Of a stretch of DNA of 64,000 nucleotides, positions 27,481 through 38,109 are shown in pieces. How positions within the stretch are numbered: the stretch's first letter is position 1; each line of letters starts with the position of its first letter. Location: contig NZ_JBAYLY010000010.1 of the NCBI RefSeq assembly GCF_041663825.1, positions 14,697 through 78,696 on the forward strand, in the 5' to 3' direction. This stretch comes from Methanoregula sp. (GTDB lineage: Archaea; Halobacteriota; Methanomicrobia; Methanomicrobiales; Methanospirillaceae). The notes beneath the pieces were generated by a model that was not told the DNA's origin, made no database searches, and saw nothing but the letters and a program-made list of their open reading frames with translations. Position numbers and translations under genes: made by a program.

Positions 27481-28386
27481 ATGCCAATTGACCCTGCAAC
27501 CGCAGCAACATTTGGAACATTCTCCAATCTTTCTTTTCAATTTGGGAAAAAAAATATGTCAGAAGTTCTGACATCAATGAAAGATTCCTGGTTGTTATGG
27601 AATCTTAGAAGACATATTAAAAATCGAAAACCGGACAATATAATTTATGACGACATATACGCCATAAGAAAATGTTTAATTGATGGAATTAGAAATCCTG
27701 ATAGTTCTCGTATGAGATTTCTCACATTTAACTTATTGAATAAATCCGGGAACTTAAGTGAAATATCTCGCTTGGGAATCTCTCTAATGATTGAAGATAT
27801 TATTGAAAACTATTCAAATCAGCCTTTTGTTATTGAGGATAGTTTATTCATAATAGAAACTTCTTTTTGCACTTTCTTAACAGAATGGGAGCAAAAATAT
27901 CATCCACAAATCAATGGGAACGACTTTTTCATTCCAAATCCCTCTAAAAAAAACGAAGCTGAATTTTTTTTAGATCACACATTTCAGGGTACTTCGAACA
28001 GTGCACATATTCTCTATGATATTTGTTTAAAATTGGGATGCAAATCTAATGAAAATTTAATTCGAGTGGCGAATCATTTACATTTTAGAGCAGCTGCTGA
28101 CAATTCTTTTCTGTATTCGAATCCGTTTTACAGTCGTATGTTCCTAATCGTAACAATTCAGATCGCCGCAAAGGCTCGTAATTTAAATCTGCATCCTACT
28201 ATGGAAAAAATGATTGAAGTAATAAATTTTGCAAATCAAGAAGTTATCAAAGATGCTTTCCAATGGGCCCAAAATAAAAAAGATAATAACTTCGCTCAAA
28301 TGGGTAATATGACCCTCTTTCTTGCAACAAAAGATGAGATTCATTCTTTTGAGGAATATTACTTTAATCTCTATCAGTTGAACTAA
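27481..28386 (+). CDS. Orphan AT-rich ORF, unknown function
   Basis: 301 aa uninterrupted ORF in a roughly one-third G+C patch. No family recognised. Confidence 0.6.
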   Translation: MPIDPATAATFGTFSNLSFQFGKKNMSEVLTSMKDSWLLWNLRRHIKNRKPDNIIYDDIYAIRKCLIDGIRNPDSSRMRFLTFNLLNKSGNLSEISRLGISLMIEDIIENYSNQPFVIEDSLFIIETSFCTFLTEWEQKYHPQINGNDFFIPNPSKKNEAEFFLDHTFQGTSNSAHILYDICLKLGCKSNENLIRVANHLHFRAAADNSFLYSNPFYSRMFLIVTIQIAAKARNLNLHPTMEKMIEVINFANQEVIKDAFQWAQNKKDNNFAQMGNMTLFLATKDEIHSFEEYYFNLYQLN

Positions 28387-28491
28387 TCCTTTTTTGGCTC
28401 TGTAGATGTCATCAAAAACTTCTCGTAACTTTGCTATGGATAAGTTACCGTGGGTCTTATCCATGGGTCCCAGGTGCTCAACGATCTAAAT

Positions 28492-28820
28492 GAGGGAGGG
28501 GGTACCCCCACCTACCCGGACACAAGGGTGGGGGGGTGACCCCCTTCTAAAAAAAGAGAGTGTGGGGGGTAGGGGGATCACCCCCCTCCCCCTATGGCCG
28601 CGAACCGGCTCCTTTTCTGCATGGCCAAATCCTGTGTTTCGCGTGGAATCACCGGCGTGAAGTGTGGTTTCTGGTGGTTTTCCGGAATTGTGGTGGAAGG
28701 GCCCGGCCGGGACCAGGGGGAGGGGGGTACACCCCTGTTGGGCCGGCACATGGGTGGGGGGGTGATCCCCTCCTAGAAAAAAGAAGGAGGGGGGTAGGGG
28801 GATCACCCCCCTCCCCCCCA
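28492..28820 (+). repeat. Composite G-tract/palindrome element, copy 2
   Basis: Same unit-core-unit architecture and module order as 6929-7253, with the G-rich strand again on +. Confidence 0.8.
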
Positions 28821-28915
28821 CGGCGAATTGCCGGGCCGGGTGGAATGTTCACTGACACTACTGCGGATATTCCCATAACGCTGATATATCCCGGGAGTAA
28901 ACAAAACCTGTATCC

Positions 28916-29119
28916 ATGGAAAGAAAAGAAAAATCCGTGCTCGCAGCCAAAGCGATATTCCTTGTCGGCGGGATCGTTTTTGTTTCCGGTGCAGCACTCT
29001 CAATTTTTGCAAACAGTCCCTTTGGCATCCCGCTCTGCGGTATCGGCGCAGTCCTGATGGCGGCCGGGTTTATCCTGATCAGGCGACCGGAATATATCTT
29101 CCTGCTTCTTGGGCTGTAA
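28916..29119 (+). CDS. Small two-TM membrane protein (hypothetical)
   Basis: 67 aa with two hydrophobic helices (AIFLVGGIVFVSGAAL, LCGIGAVLMAAGFILI). No other support. Confidence 0.35.
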   Translation: MERKEKSVLAAKAIFLVGGIVFVSGAALSIFANSPFGIPLCGIGAVLMAAGFILIRRPEYIFLLLGL

Positions 29120-29165
29120 AGATCCCGGCGAACATTTTCGCCCGCGGATAAATTATCTGTTTTTC

Positions 29166-29245
29166 TTCTGTCCGGTCACATATGGGCGATCTCTCCTGCC
29201 GCGACCGGCATGGTCAGGGAGAAGGGGACCTATTTAGGGCTCATC
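29166..29245 (-). pseudogene. Remnant of a LEA14-like gene 3' end (left copy of an imperfect direct repeat)
   Basis: About 84% identical (manual alignment, including a perfect 17-mer ATATGGGCGATCTCTCC) to 32136-32216 inside the LEA14-like gene. The minus strand reads VPFSLTMPVAAGEIAHM* against VPFTRTVPVTVGEIAHMVTG in the intact gene. Confidence 0.6.
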
Positions 29246-29281
29246 CGGAATGTTATTTTGGCAGTCCTGTCTATGGTCTGG

Positions 29282-30541
29282 TTATTGTTCAAGCCCGTCC
29301 CGCTCCAGCCATTTCCAGAGCGGCTCGTAGATAATCGTGCCTTTATTGCCAAACCACTCCTCCACAGTTTCCCGTTCTTCGTTTTCGGTCAGGATGCGGA
29401 GCTTGGTACAATGAAGCTCGTGTCCGGCCTTGAGAAGTGCCCGGATTTCCCGCTCTCTTGTGGCAGGAGTGGAGAGATGCGCACAGACCTGGATCAGCTC
29501 CGTGATCCGGTTCTTTTTCCGGATCACAAAATCCACTTCTTCCTGCTGCACATTTTTCCACGTGGAACAGGTCAGGATGCCGTTCATCTCGTGCCGTTTC
29601 AAGGTGATCGCGACGAGGTTTTCATAGAGCCGCCCTTTGTTCTCGGAAAATTGTGCGGCTTTTGCCTGTACAAACCCGTTGTCAATACAGTAGATCTTCC
29701 GGTTCGCGGTGATCTGCTCTTTTACCTTAAACGAGAACCTCGGGATGGAGAAGAAGAGGAATGTCTGTTCCAGGTAATCCAGATATTTTTTGACCGTATG
29801 AACGCTCCGGCTGCCGGTAACCTTTGCAAGCGTCGAGTAGGAATATTCACAGGCAATATTCGAGATAAGATACATTGCCAGATCTTCGATAGCGGGTATC
29901 GAACGGATGCGGTACCGTTTCACGATATCTTTGTACACGATGGCATCAAAAAGGGTGGACAGGTATTCATTTCCGTCTATCTCTTTCAGGATTACCTCCG
30001 GGAATCCGCCGTTTTTTGCGTACCGGGCAAGTATTGCCTGCTTTTCCGCGGAAGTTACTGGTTTTTCCCGGGTGCGCAGAACCTCCCGGTAGGAGAAAGG
30101 AAAGATGGTTGTCTGGAGGTATCTTCCGGTAAGGTGCGTGGCAAGTTCGGAGCTGAGAAGCTGGGAGTTGCTGCCGGTGAGAAGCAGGCGATAGCCTTCC
30201 CGCTGGAGCCGGTTGACAAAAAGTTCCCAGTTTGGCAGGTTCTGGATCTCATCGAGGAAAAGGATTTTCGGGGAGTCAAACACTTCGTTTACTGCCGCGA
30301 TGACCTCGTCGCCTTCCCTTGTTACGAGCCGCTCATCGTCAAAGTTTACATAACCGAATTTTCCCTCAGGGGGCATCTGGTGCATGGCAAAAAATGATTT
30401 TCCCGCTCTTCTTGGTCCTGAGATCACCCGTATCAGGTTGCCCGTTTTTCCACCGGCCGCTGCATCCCGTTCTATATACCTCTCCTTGAGCCTGTTCTCG
30501 ATCTCGCGCCGCTGCGTGATCAGTGCGTCGCTTACCTCCAT
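29282..30541 (-). CDS. AAA+ ATPase with DUF4143 C-terminal domain (AAA_14 family)
   Basis: 419 aa. Walker A GPRRAGKS and Walker B ILFLDEIQNLPNWE, with a C-terminal DUF4143-like region. Confidence 0.82.
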   Translation of the reverse strand: MEVSDALITQRREIENRLKERYIERDAAAGGKTGNLIRVISGPRRAGKSFFAMHQMPPEGKFGYVNFDDERLVTREGDEVIAAVNEVFDSPKILFLDEIQNLPNWELFVNRLQREGYRLLLTGSNSQLLSSELATHLTGRYLQTTIFPFSYREVLRTREKPVTSAEKQAILARYAKNGGFPEVILKEIDGNEYLSTLFDAIVYKDIVKRYRIRSIPAIEDLAMYLISNIACEYSYSTLAKVTGSRSVHTVKKYLDYLEQTFLFFSIPRFSFKVKEQITANRKIYCIDNGFVQAKAAQFSENKGRLYENLVAITLKRHEMNGILTCSTWKNVQQEEVDFVIRKKNRITELIQVCAHLSTPATREREIRALLKAGHELHCTKLRILTENEERETVEEWFGNKGTIIYEPLWKWLERDGLEQ

Positions 30542-30656
30542 ACGCTCACCATTGATCCATCATAGTGCACGAAAATAGATAAAATCGTGCATTATGATGT
30601 AACCAATACATGAAAAAACAAGGACCGTACTGATGGGACCCGGCGCTTGTCACGGA

Positions 30657-31349
30657 TCAGATCTCATCTTCCGGTGGAATAACCGCGTACAGGATCGGTA
30701 TAATCATGGGGACAACATCCCATGCTATTTCCCTGATTAGTTCCCTGTCGGGCCTGCAAAAGTCTGCTTCAAATGTATCGTATGTTTCCATGAGGCGATC
30801 CCAAGGGATATCCGGGTATTTTTGGCGGGTCGGGGCATCGACTCTGTGAGCGGAGACGGCCAGCCACCGGCAGTTATAGGATATTGCGTGGAAGAGCATC
30901 TCATCCCTGTCGGGAATTTCGGCAGACGGGTTCCCGGTGATCTTTTGGATGTTTCGTGCAGAGATGAGCATATCGAGAAGGTAGGACATCTGGCGGAGGA
31001 CGGGGGGTTTCCCGGAGAGCATTCCCTTCCTTCGGATATAGTTCTCGCTCTGCTCCACCGATTTGCGATCCGCGAGATCGATTTTACGGGAGAAGAGTGC
31101 TTCGAGTTCTTCCTGCATGGCGCTCATGTCCGGCAATGAGGTCTTGTCATCCGGAAAAAATTCGATCATCACATCGATATCACTGTCGGGCCGGAAATCG
31201 TCCCGCATGATGGAGCCGTAAAAACAAAAACTGCGGATATTCCACTTTTTACAGAATGCCCGAATGGTTTCTTCGGGTATGGCCATATGCCGGTTTGCGA
31301 TACGGAGTTCGGGCTCGTTTGTGTCGCATTCAGATTTTTCACTCATCAT
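30657..31349 (-). CDS. Fused nucleotidyltransferase (MntA-like) + DUF86/HEPN (HepT-like) protein
   Basis: The N-terminal half has FYGSIMRDDFRPDSDIDVMIEF (GS..x..DxD NTase motif). The C-terminal half is colinear with DUF86 (YPDIPWDRL...IAWDVV), but the expected RNxxxH is replaced by ETYDTFE. The start ATGATGA overlaps the upstream stop. Confidence 0.65.
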   Translation of the reverse strand: MMSEKSECDTNEPELRIANRHMAIPEETIRAFCKKWNIRSFCFYGSIMRDDFRPDSDIDVMIEFFPDDKTSLPDMSAMQEELEALFSRKIDLADRKSVEQSENYIRRKGMLSGKPPVLRQMSYLLDMLISARNIQKITGNPSAEIPDRDEMLFHAISYNCRWLAVSAHRVDAPTRQKYPDIPWDRLMETYDTFEADFCRPDRELIREIAWDVVPMIIPILYAVIPPEDEI

Positions 31350-31738
31350 CTGATCTGTTCTGCTGCCCAGCGGGTGACGGCCTGTGCATGCACAACAGCC
31401 GTGTCGTACTCTTTCTCTGTTACCGGCAGTTCGAAGCCCGGGTACCGCGTATCTGATGCATATGAGGTCAGGGTAACCGCGCCCCACAGATCTTCGGGAA
31501 TGGTAAGGCCGTGCTGTCCGAGCGCGGAGAGGAGGGCGTTGATATCGTGAGTGTACGGATATGGGATCTTCCGGGCGACAAACACGGCTTTGAGCGCTTT
31601 TTCAGCGGCCTGTTGTGCCTGGTAGCAGAGGTCTTCATAGAGCACCCCCGGGGTTTTTGCACCGGCAAGCATAAGGGAACTCTCTGCCCGGCGGAGCCAT
31701 TCGTCCGGGTTATCGGGCGAGCGCTTTTTTCCTTTCAT
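31346..31738 (-). CDS. HEPN-domain protein (PF05168-like)
   Basis: DEWLRRAESSLMLA...QAAEKALKAVF...YTHDINALL is the classical archaeal HEPN pattern. The start is ATG 31738 or 31753, and the gene overlaps the upstream MNT gene. Confidence 0.78.
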   Translation of the reverse strand: MKGKKRSPDNPDEWLRRAESSLMLAGAKTPGVLYEDLCYQAQQAAEKALKAVFVARKIPYPYTHDINALLSALGQHGLTIPEDLWGAVTLTSYASDTRYPGFELPVTEKEYDTAVVHAQAVTRWAAEQIR

Positions 31739-32060
31739 ACACCACCCTGCCATCTTTGAGTGCCGGGTGTACCACGCTGAAGGGGGAGTTCCGGTATTTC
31801 TCAACCTGTTGAGGTGTGACCACGACCAGATCGATTGCCCGTGCGATGCCCCGCATCCGCAGGTAGATCTCTCCTGCAACGGTTCTCGGGTTATACCTGC
31901 CTGCCTTTACCACGAGGAAATCGAGATCGCTTTCCGGGCCTGCCGTGCCGCGTGCAGCGGAGCCGAAGAGGAGAACCTGTTCGGGGCTGGCGGCCTCTAC
32001 TATACGGCAGATGATCTCGTCGAGCTCGGTGTTCTGCCGGGGCGGTACTGGGGGGGTCAT
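31710..32060 (-). CDS. Minimal nucleotidyltransferase (MNT) partner of the HEPN protein
   Basis: 116 aa. LLFGSAARGTAGPESDLDFLVV is the GS-x9-DxD NTase motif. Confidence 0.85.
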   Translation of the reverse strand: MTPPVPPRQNTELDEIICRIVEAASPEQVLLFGSAARGTAGPESDLDFLVVKAGRYNPRTVAGEIYLRMRGIARAIDLVVVTPQQVEKYRNSPFSVVHPALKDGRVVYERKKALAR

Positions 32061-32116
32061 CTCTTCCTTAGTGTGGATGGGCGGGAGGAATAATCAACGT
32101 TTGGCCGGGACCCGTT

Positions 32117-32560
32117 TTACGGGTAGTCCTGCTTTTTCTGCCCGGTCACCATATGGGCGATCTCTCCCACGGTTACCGGCACGGTCCGGGTGAAGGGGAC
32201 CTGTTTTGGGATCATCAAAAATTTTAGTTTGGCGGTCCCCTCGATTGTCAGCTCCAGTTTCCCTCCCGCCACAAATGCGGCGAGTGCCCCCAGGAGCGCG
32301 GCGTTGTGGGATGTGACCGGTACCGGAAGCACGGTCGCTGCATTCGCGGGGATCTTTGCGCTGCCGGTATCGCCGGTCGCAATCACCAGTGGCGTCCCGG
32401 CATTCCTGTACGAAACGGTAAACGGGCACGATTCCAGTGTCGCCCCCACGGGGTTCGGGTTTTCCACCCGGATCGAAACATCGAGATCGAGCGTGGAAAA
32501 TGAGAGGTTCTTCAGTGCGACCCCCTCAAGGGTCACGACGGGATCTGAGAGGACAGACAT
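32117..32560 (-). CDS. LEA14-like / WHy-domain (late embryogenesis abundant type 2) protein
   Basis: 147 aa from ATG 32560. LDLDVSIRVENPNPVGATL... and GKLELTIEGTAKLKF fit the LEA_2 beta-sandwich pattern. Its 3' end (32136-32216) is the right copy of the direct repeat. Confidence 0.68.
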   Translation of the reverse strand: MSVLSDPVVTLEGVALKNLSFSTLDLDVSIRVENPNPVGATLESCPFTVSYRNAGTPLVIATGDTGSAKIPANAATVLPVPVTSHNAALLGALAAFVAGGKLELTIEGTAKLKFLMIPKQVPFTRTVPVTVGEIAHMVTGQKKQDYP

Positions 32561-33137
32561 CGTACGAGCATTGGCGAGGCGGGAAGATAATCCTTGACCG
32601 TAATTCCGTGTGAAGTATTCAGGGATCGATCCGCTCGATCCTGAACACCACCGGTCGGATCCCGTCCGAGCAGCAGGCAATCATCGTCCGTTCGTCCTTC
32701 ATCCAGCCCTCATCAGGGGGCATGGGCTCCGGAGGACCGGGCAGCAGCTCCGATTCATCGTAGTACACGTTCAGCGGAACCTATACGCTCAATGGCGGGG
32801 GAACGCTCACGCCGGCGTAAAAACCCTTAAAAATTTTTCTTTTTTTTAGGAGTCCATAAGGATTTCGGATTTTTTTGGGCAGAAGATCATTTTGCATATT
32901 CAGATGCTTTGTCAAATCTGCAGCAATTCCGGCTTTTGCTCCATCAGGATTTTGTGGTATCCCCATAGCGATGGTACCGAATTACCCGTAATAAAAAAAC
33001 CATATCCGCCATCAGATTATCAACATCACAATACGCTACGCTTAAAACCAGTCAGGATAATAAAAAATCTAGGAGAAAATATACGGATCCTGCAATATCC
33101 GGTTTCATTTCAGAAGATTTTTAAAAAGAGTGTATCT

Positions 33138-35804
33138 ATGCGATCGACAATTCATGCACCCGTTTCCTGTATTTTTTTAACGACCCATTCCTCCGAGGGA
33201 AGACCCATTAAAACCAGTAAGGGTATACGAGCCGGATGGCGGCTGACCTGCTCTTTTCTGGCTGTGGCGATCGTGCTTTGCATGGTACCGCTCCTGGCAG
33301 TCCCGGTGGCTGCCGATACTGGTGAATCCTATGTATTCCAGTGGGCAATTCCAGCCCAGGTCAGTATAAAATATCCGTATGGTATCGCACAGGACGTAGC
33401 AGGAAACGTATATGTTACCGATACGGAAAACATGTCAGTCTGGAAATTTTCCCCCGATGGTACGAACCTTGCAAAATGGGGGAAGGAAGGTACCGGGAAC
33501 GGGGAGTTTCGCGATCCCAGAGGAATCGCAACCGATCCTGACGGCTATGTCTATGTTGCTGACAGGGGAAATCACCGAATCCAGAAATTTTCGTCAGATG
33601 GGACCTACCTGATGCAATGGGGAACGAATGGGACCGGTGACGGTCAATTTATCGATCCTGTGGGTATCGGAACAGATCCGGGCGGCAATATCTATGTCAC
33701 CGATACCGGGAGCGACAGGATCCAGAAGTTCTTCCCGAACGGCACGTACCGTACAAAATGGGGATCCGAAGGAACCGGCAACGGACAGTTCAAGGAACCT
33801 GCCGGTATTACAGCAGATGCGGCCGGGAACCTCTACGTCACGGATGGAGGAAATTACCGGGTCCAGAAGTTTGCACCGGACGGGACGTTCCTGGCCACGT
33901 GGGGGTCCAAAGGAAGCGGGCCCGGGCAGTTCAATGATCCAGTCGGGATCACGGCAGATATCACGGGCAATATCTCTGTCATCGACAGGGGTAACCAGAA
34001 TATAACAAAGTTTGCATCTGACGGTACGTACCTGGCAGGATTCGGGGAGTACGGGACCGGCGACGGGACGTTTTTCAATCCGACCGGTATTACCGCTGAC
34101 GCGGCCGGGCATTTCTATGTCGCCGACTTCTGGAACGACCGGATCCAGAAATTCTCCACCGATGGAAAATTCCTGGCCCAATGGGGAACCCCGGGACATG
34201 GAAACGGGCAGTTCTTTTATGCAGAAGGGGTTGCGGAAGATTCCTCCGGAAATATCTTTATCGCAGACACCCACAACCACCGGGTCCAGGTGTTCAGCCA
34301 CGACGGCACCTACCTGTACCAGTGGGGATCCAAGGGAAGCGGGAACGGCCAGTTTCTCTACCCGACCTCCATCAAAATCGATGCCAATGGATATGTCTAC
34401 GTTCTGGAGCCCATGAACAGCCGGATGCAGAAGTTCCTGCCAGACGGCACGTTCGTTGACAAGTGGGGATCTGATGGAGACGGGCCCGGGCAGTTGCATA
34501 AACCCTGCGCATTTGCCCTTGGTCCCAGGGATGAAATTTACATTGCTGATACCTACAACAACCGGGTCGTGAAGTACCTGACGAATGGTACGTTTGTTAC
34601 GCAGTGGGGATCACTGGGAAGCGGAAACGGGCAATTCTACGCGCCCCATGGCGCTGCTGTCGATCCGGACGGGTCTGTCTATATCCTCGATACTGCGAAT
34701 AACCGGATCCAGAAGTTCACGCCGGATGGCACGTACCTGATGCAGTGGGGATCGTTTGGGGCCGAACCGGGACAGTTCAAGCAGCCGTGCGGGATGGAGC
34801 GCGATGCCAGCGGGAATCTCTATGTCTCTGACACCTACAATTACCGGGTCCAGAAATTTACGTCCGCCGGTACATTCCTGATGCAGTGGGGATCCCATGG
34901 AAGCCTCCCGGGGCAGTTCGATAACCCCGAAGGCATCCTGATAGATTTTCGGGGGGATGTGTATGTCGCGGATCCCGGCAACCACCGGATCCAGAAATTC
35001 ATCCGCCAGGTGAGCCCCCCTCCCGTTACCCTCGATGTGGGCGGCGACAGCTCCGGTGTTGGAGGGGCAGCGGTTGCCACCGGTACCGCAATTGCGGGAC
35101 AGCCGGTAACCTTCGCCTATCACCAGAATCCCGATCCCCAGAGCCCGGTAGCCCTGGACCGGGTGGAGATCACCTTTTCCCAAAGCCTGGGAAACGTGGA
35201 AGTTGTTGGCACGCCCGTCATGAATGCCGGGAACCCCCCGGGAAATATCGTTGTCGGTTTCCTCCAGATAGTACCGGTGGGAATTAACGAGGATACAATA
35301 AGCCAGGGTATCATCACCTTCTCCGTGAACAGCCCATGGCTTACCGGCCACAACGTGGAACCGGGACAGGTTGTCCTGATGCGGAGCCATGACAACGCAT
35401 GGACCCCGCTTGCGACCACGCTCGTCCGCACGGATGGGGATACCTTGTATTTCCAGGCAAAATCTCCGGGTTTCTCGTACTTTGCCGTTGTGGCGGGAAC
35501 TTCCGGGATGACCGCAAATACAAGTGAAGTCCTGCCGGAATCCCGCAATGAAACAGCCGTTATTCATAACGAGCCACCGGAGACTCTTCCGGCAACGCAG
35601 CCTGTTATCCCGCAGGTCACGACCACAAAACCGGTGACAACCGAGACGACTGCGGTCCCGGCAGGGCCGTCCCCGGCCACCGGCATTCCGGTCATGGCTG
35701 TGGCGGGTATTGTCCTTGCTCTCGCGCTCCTGGGGGGATTTGTCCTTCTTCGCAGGATGTGGATCCACAGACAGAACCCGGCGCTTTTCCGGAAGTACCC
35801 ATGA
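33138..35804 (+). CDS. Large NHL-repeat (beta-propeller) surface protein with PGF-pre-PGF-like domain and C-terminal TM anchor
   Basis: Signal/TM segment LAVAIVLCMVPLLAVPVAA. About 14 repeats of G.GNGQF..P.GIA.D..GNIYV.D..N.RIQKF. Then KSPGFSYFAVV, a Thr/Pro-rich linker and the hydrophobic tail VAGIVLALALLGGFVLL. Confidence 0.85.
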   Translation: MRSTIHAPVSCIFLTTHSSEGRPIKTSKGIRAGWRLTCSFLAVAIVLCMVPLLAVPVAADTGESYVFQWAIPAQVSIKYPYGIAQDVAGNVYVTDTENMSVWKFSPDGTNLAKWGKEGTGNGEFRDPRGIATDPDGYVYVADRGNHRIQKFSSDGTYLMQWGTNGTGDGQFIDPVGIGTDPGGNIYVTDTGSDRIQKFFPNGTYRTKWGSEGTGNGQFKEPAGITADAAGNLYVTDGGNYRVQKFAPDGTFLATWGSKGSGPGQFNDPVGITADITGNISVIDRGNQNITKFASDGTYLAGFGEYGTGDGTFFNPTGITADAAGHFYVADFWNDRIQKFSTDGKFLAQWGTPGHGNGQFFYAEGVAEDSSGNIFIADTHNHRVQVFSHDGTYLYQWGSKGSGNGQFLYPTSIKIDANGYVYVLEPMNSRMQKFLPDGTFVDKWGSDGDGPGQLHKPCAFALGPRDEIYIADTYNNRVVKYLTNGTFVTQWGSLGSGNGQFYAPHGAAVDPDGSVYILDTANNRIQKFTPDGTYLMQWGSFGAEPGQFKQPCGMERDASGNLYVSDTYNYRVQKFTSAGTFLMQWGSHGSLPGQFDNPEGILIDFRGDVYVADPGNHRIQKFIRQVSPPPVTLDVGGDSSGVGGAAVATGTAIAGQPVTFAYHQNPDPQSPVALDRVEITFSQSLGNVEVVGTPVMNAGNPPGNIVVGFLQIVPVGINEDTISQGIITFSVNSPWLTGHNVEPGQVVLMRSHDNAWTPLATTLVRTDGDTLYFQAKSPGFSYFAVVAGTSGMTANTSEVLPESRNETAVIHNEPPETLPATQPVIPQVTTTKPVTTETTAVPAGPSPATGIPVMAVAGIVLALALLGGFVLLRRMWIHRQNPALFRKYP

Positions 35805-36025
35805 TCCTGGTTCAGTCCACGGTACAAGTGAAGGTTTTTTGCTCTGTTGAAATCCTAAATCAAAAATAGGTGTACCGGCGATCCAAACGATCTAAGGATA
35901 CATGAGTCTCCTTCGTTTAATCTGTGGATAAAAATGCCGGGTCCATCATATCAGCCATGCAGGGCTATTGCTTTTGGCAAGGTCATAAAAACCGAAGATC
36001 TTTTGTGGTATGCTAGGGATAGGGG

Positions 36026-36430
36026 TTATGACTCCCAGGAAAGTTTCAGGATCCGGATCGCAAGGTGCGCCGCGTTGTCCCCGTTATCAACACCCACGCA
36101 CGCGACCGGCACACCTTTTGGCATCTGAACGATCGAAAGCAGGGCGTCAAGGCCGTTTAAGGTCCCGCTGACCGGGACACCGATCACCGGCTTGTCGGTC
36201 TTTGACGCGATCACGCCCGGCAGCGCGGCCGAGAGCCCGGCAATCGCGATGAAAACCTTACAGGTACTGCTTTTGACATACGCATCCAGCTTGTCCGGGT
36301 CCCGGTGGGCAGAGATCACCTGGTAATCCCAGGAAACCTTGTGCTCGTCAAGGACCTTCTTTGCCTTGTCGGCAATCGCGGCATCGGATGCTGATCCGCA
36401 GATGATAGCGACGTCTGCCATATAAGCCAT
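36026..36430 (-). CDS. purE: N5-CAIR mutase / AIR carboxylase catalytic subunit PurE
   Basis: [18 protein letters not shown] and [24 protein letters not shown]. Confidence 0.9.
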   Translation of the reverse strand: MAYMADVAIICGSASDAAIADKAKKVLDEHKVSWDYQVISAHRDPDKLDAYVKSSTCKVFIAIAGLSAALPGVIASKTDKPVIGVPVSGTLNGLDALLSIVQMPKGVPVACVGVDNGDNAAHLAIRILKLSWES

Positions 36431-36476
36431 CCAAACTTATATCCTGCCCATATAAATATAGTATTGGCAGATCCAC

Positions 36477-38065
<1,589 letters not shown>

Positions 38066-38109
38066 GAACCATCTACAGATTTATGAAGATAAAAATGAGA
38101 TGATCAGCT

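Noticed and set aside
29210-30397. 395-aa plus-strand ORF
   Set aside because: It lies antisense to the DUF4143 AAA+ ATPase (clear Walker A and B) and has no motifs of its own.
32619-32768. Minus-strand coding-looking stretch (V)YYDESELLPGPPEPMPPDEGWMKDERTMIACCSDGIRPVVFRIERIDP*
   Set aside because: It has GC3-rich, protein-like composition. It yields only 35-50 aa depending on the start (ATG 32723 or GTG 32768), has no recognisable family and no clear promoter. It may be a gene remnant and is not called as a CDS.
33594-35768. Minus-strand ORFs of 301 aa and 385 aa
   Set aside because: Both lie antisense to the NHL-repeat protein. Their internal periodicity merely reflects the sense-strand repeats.
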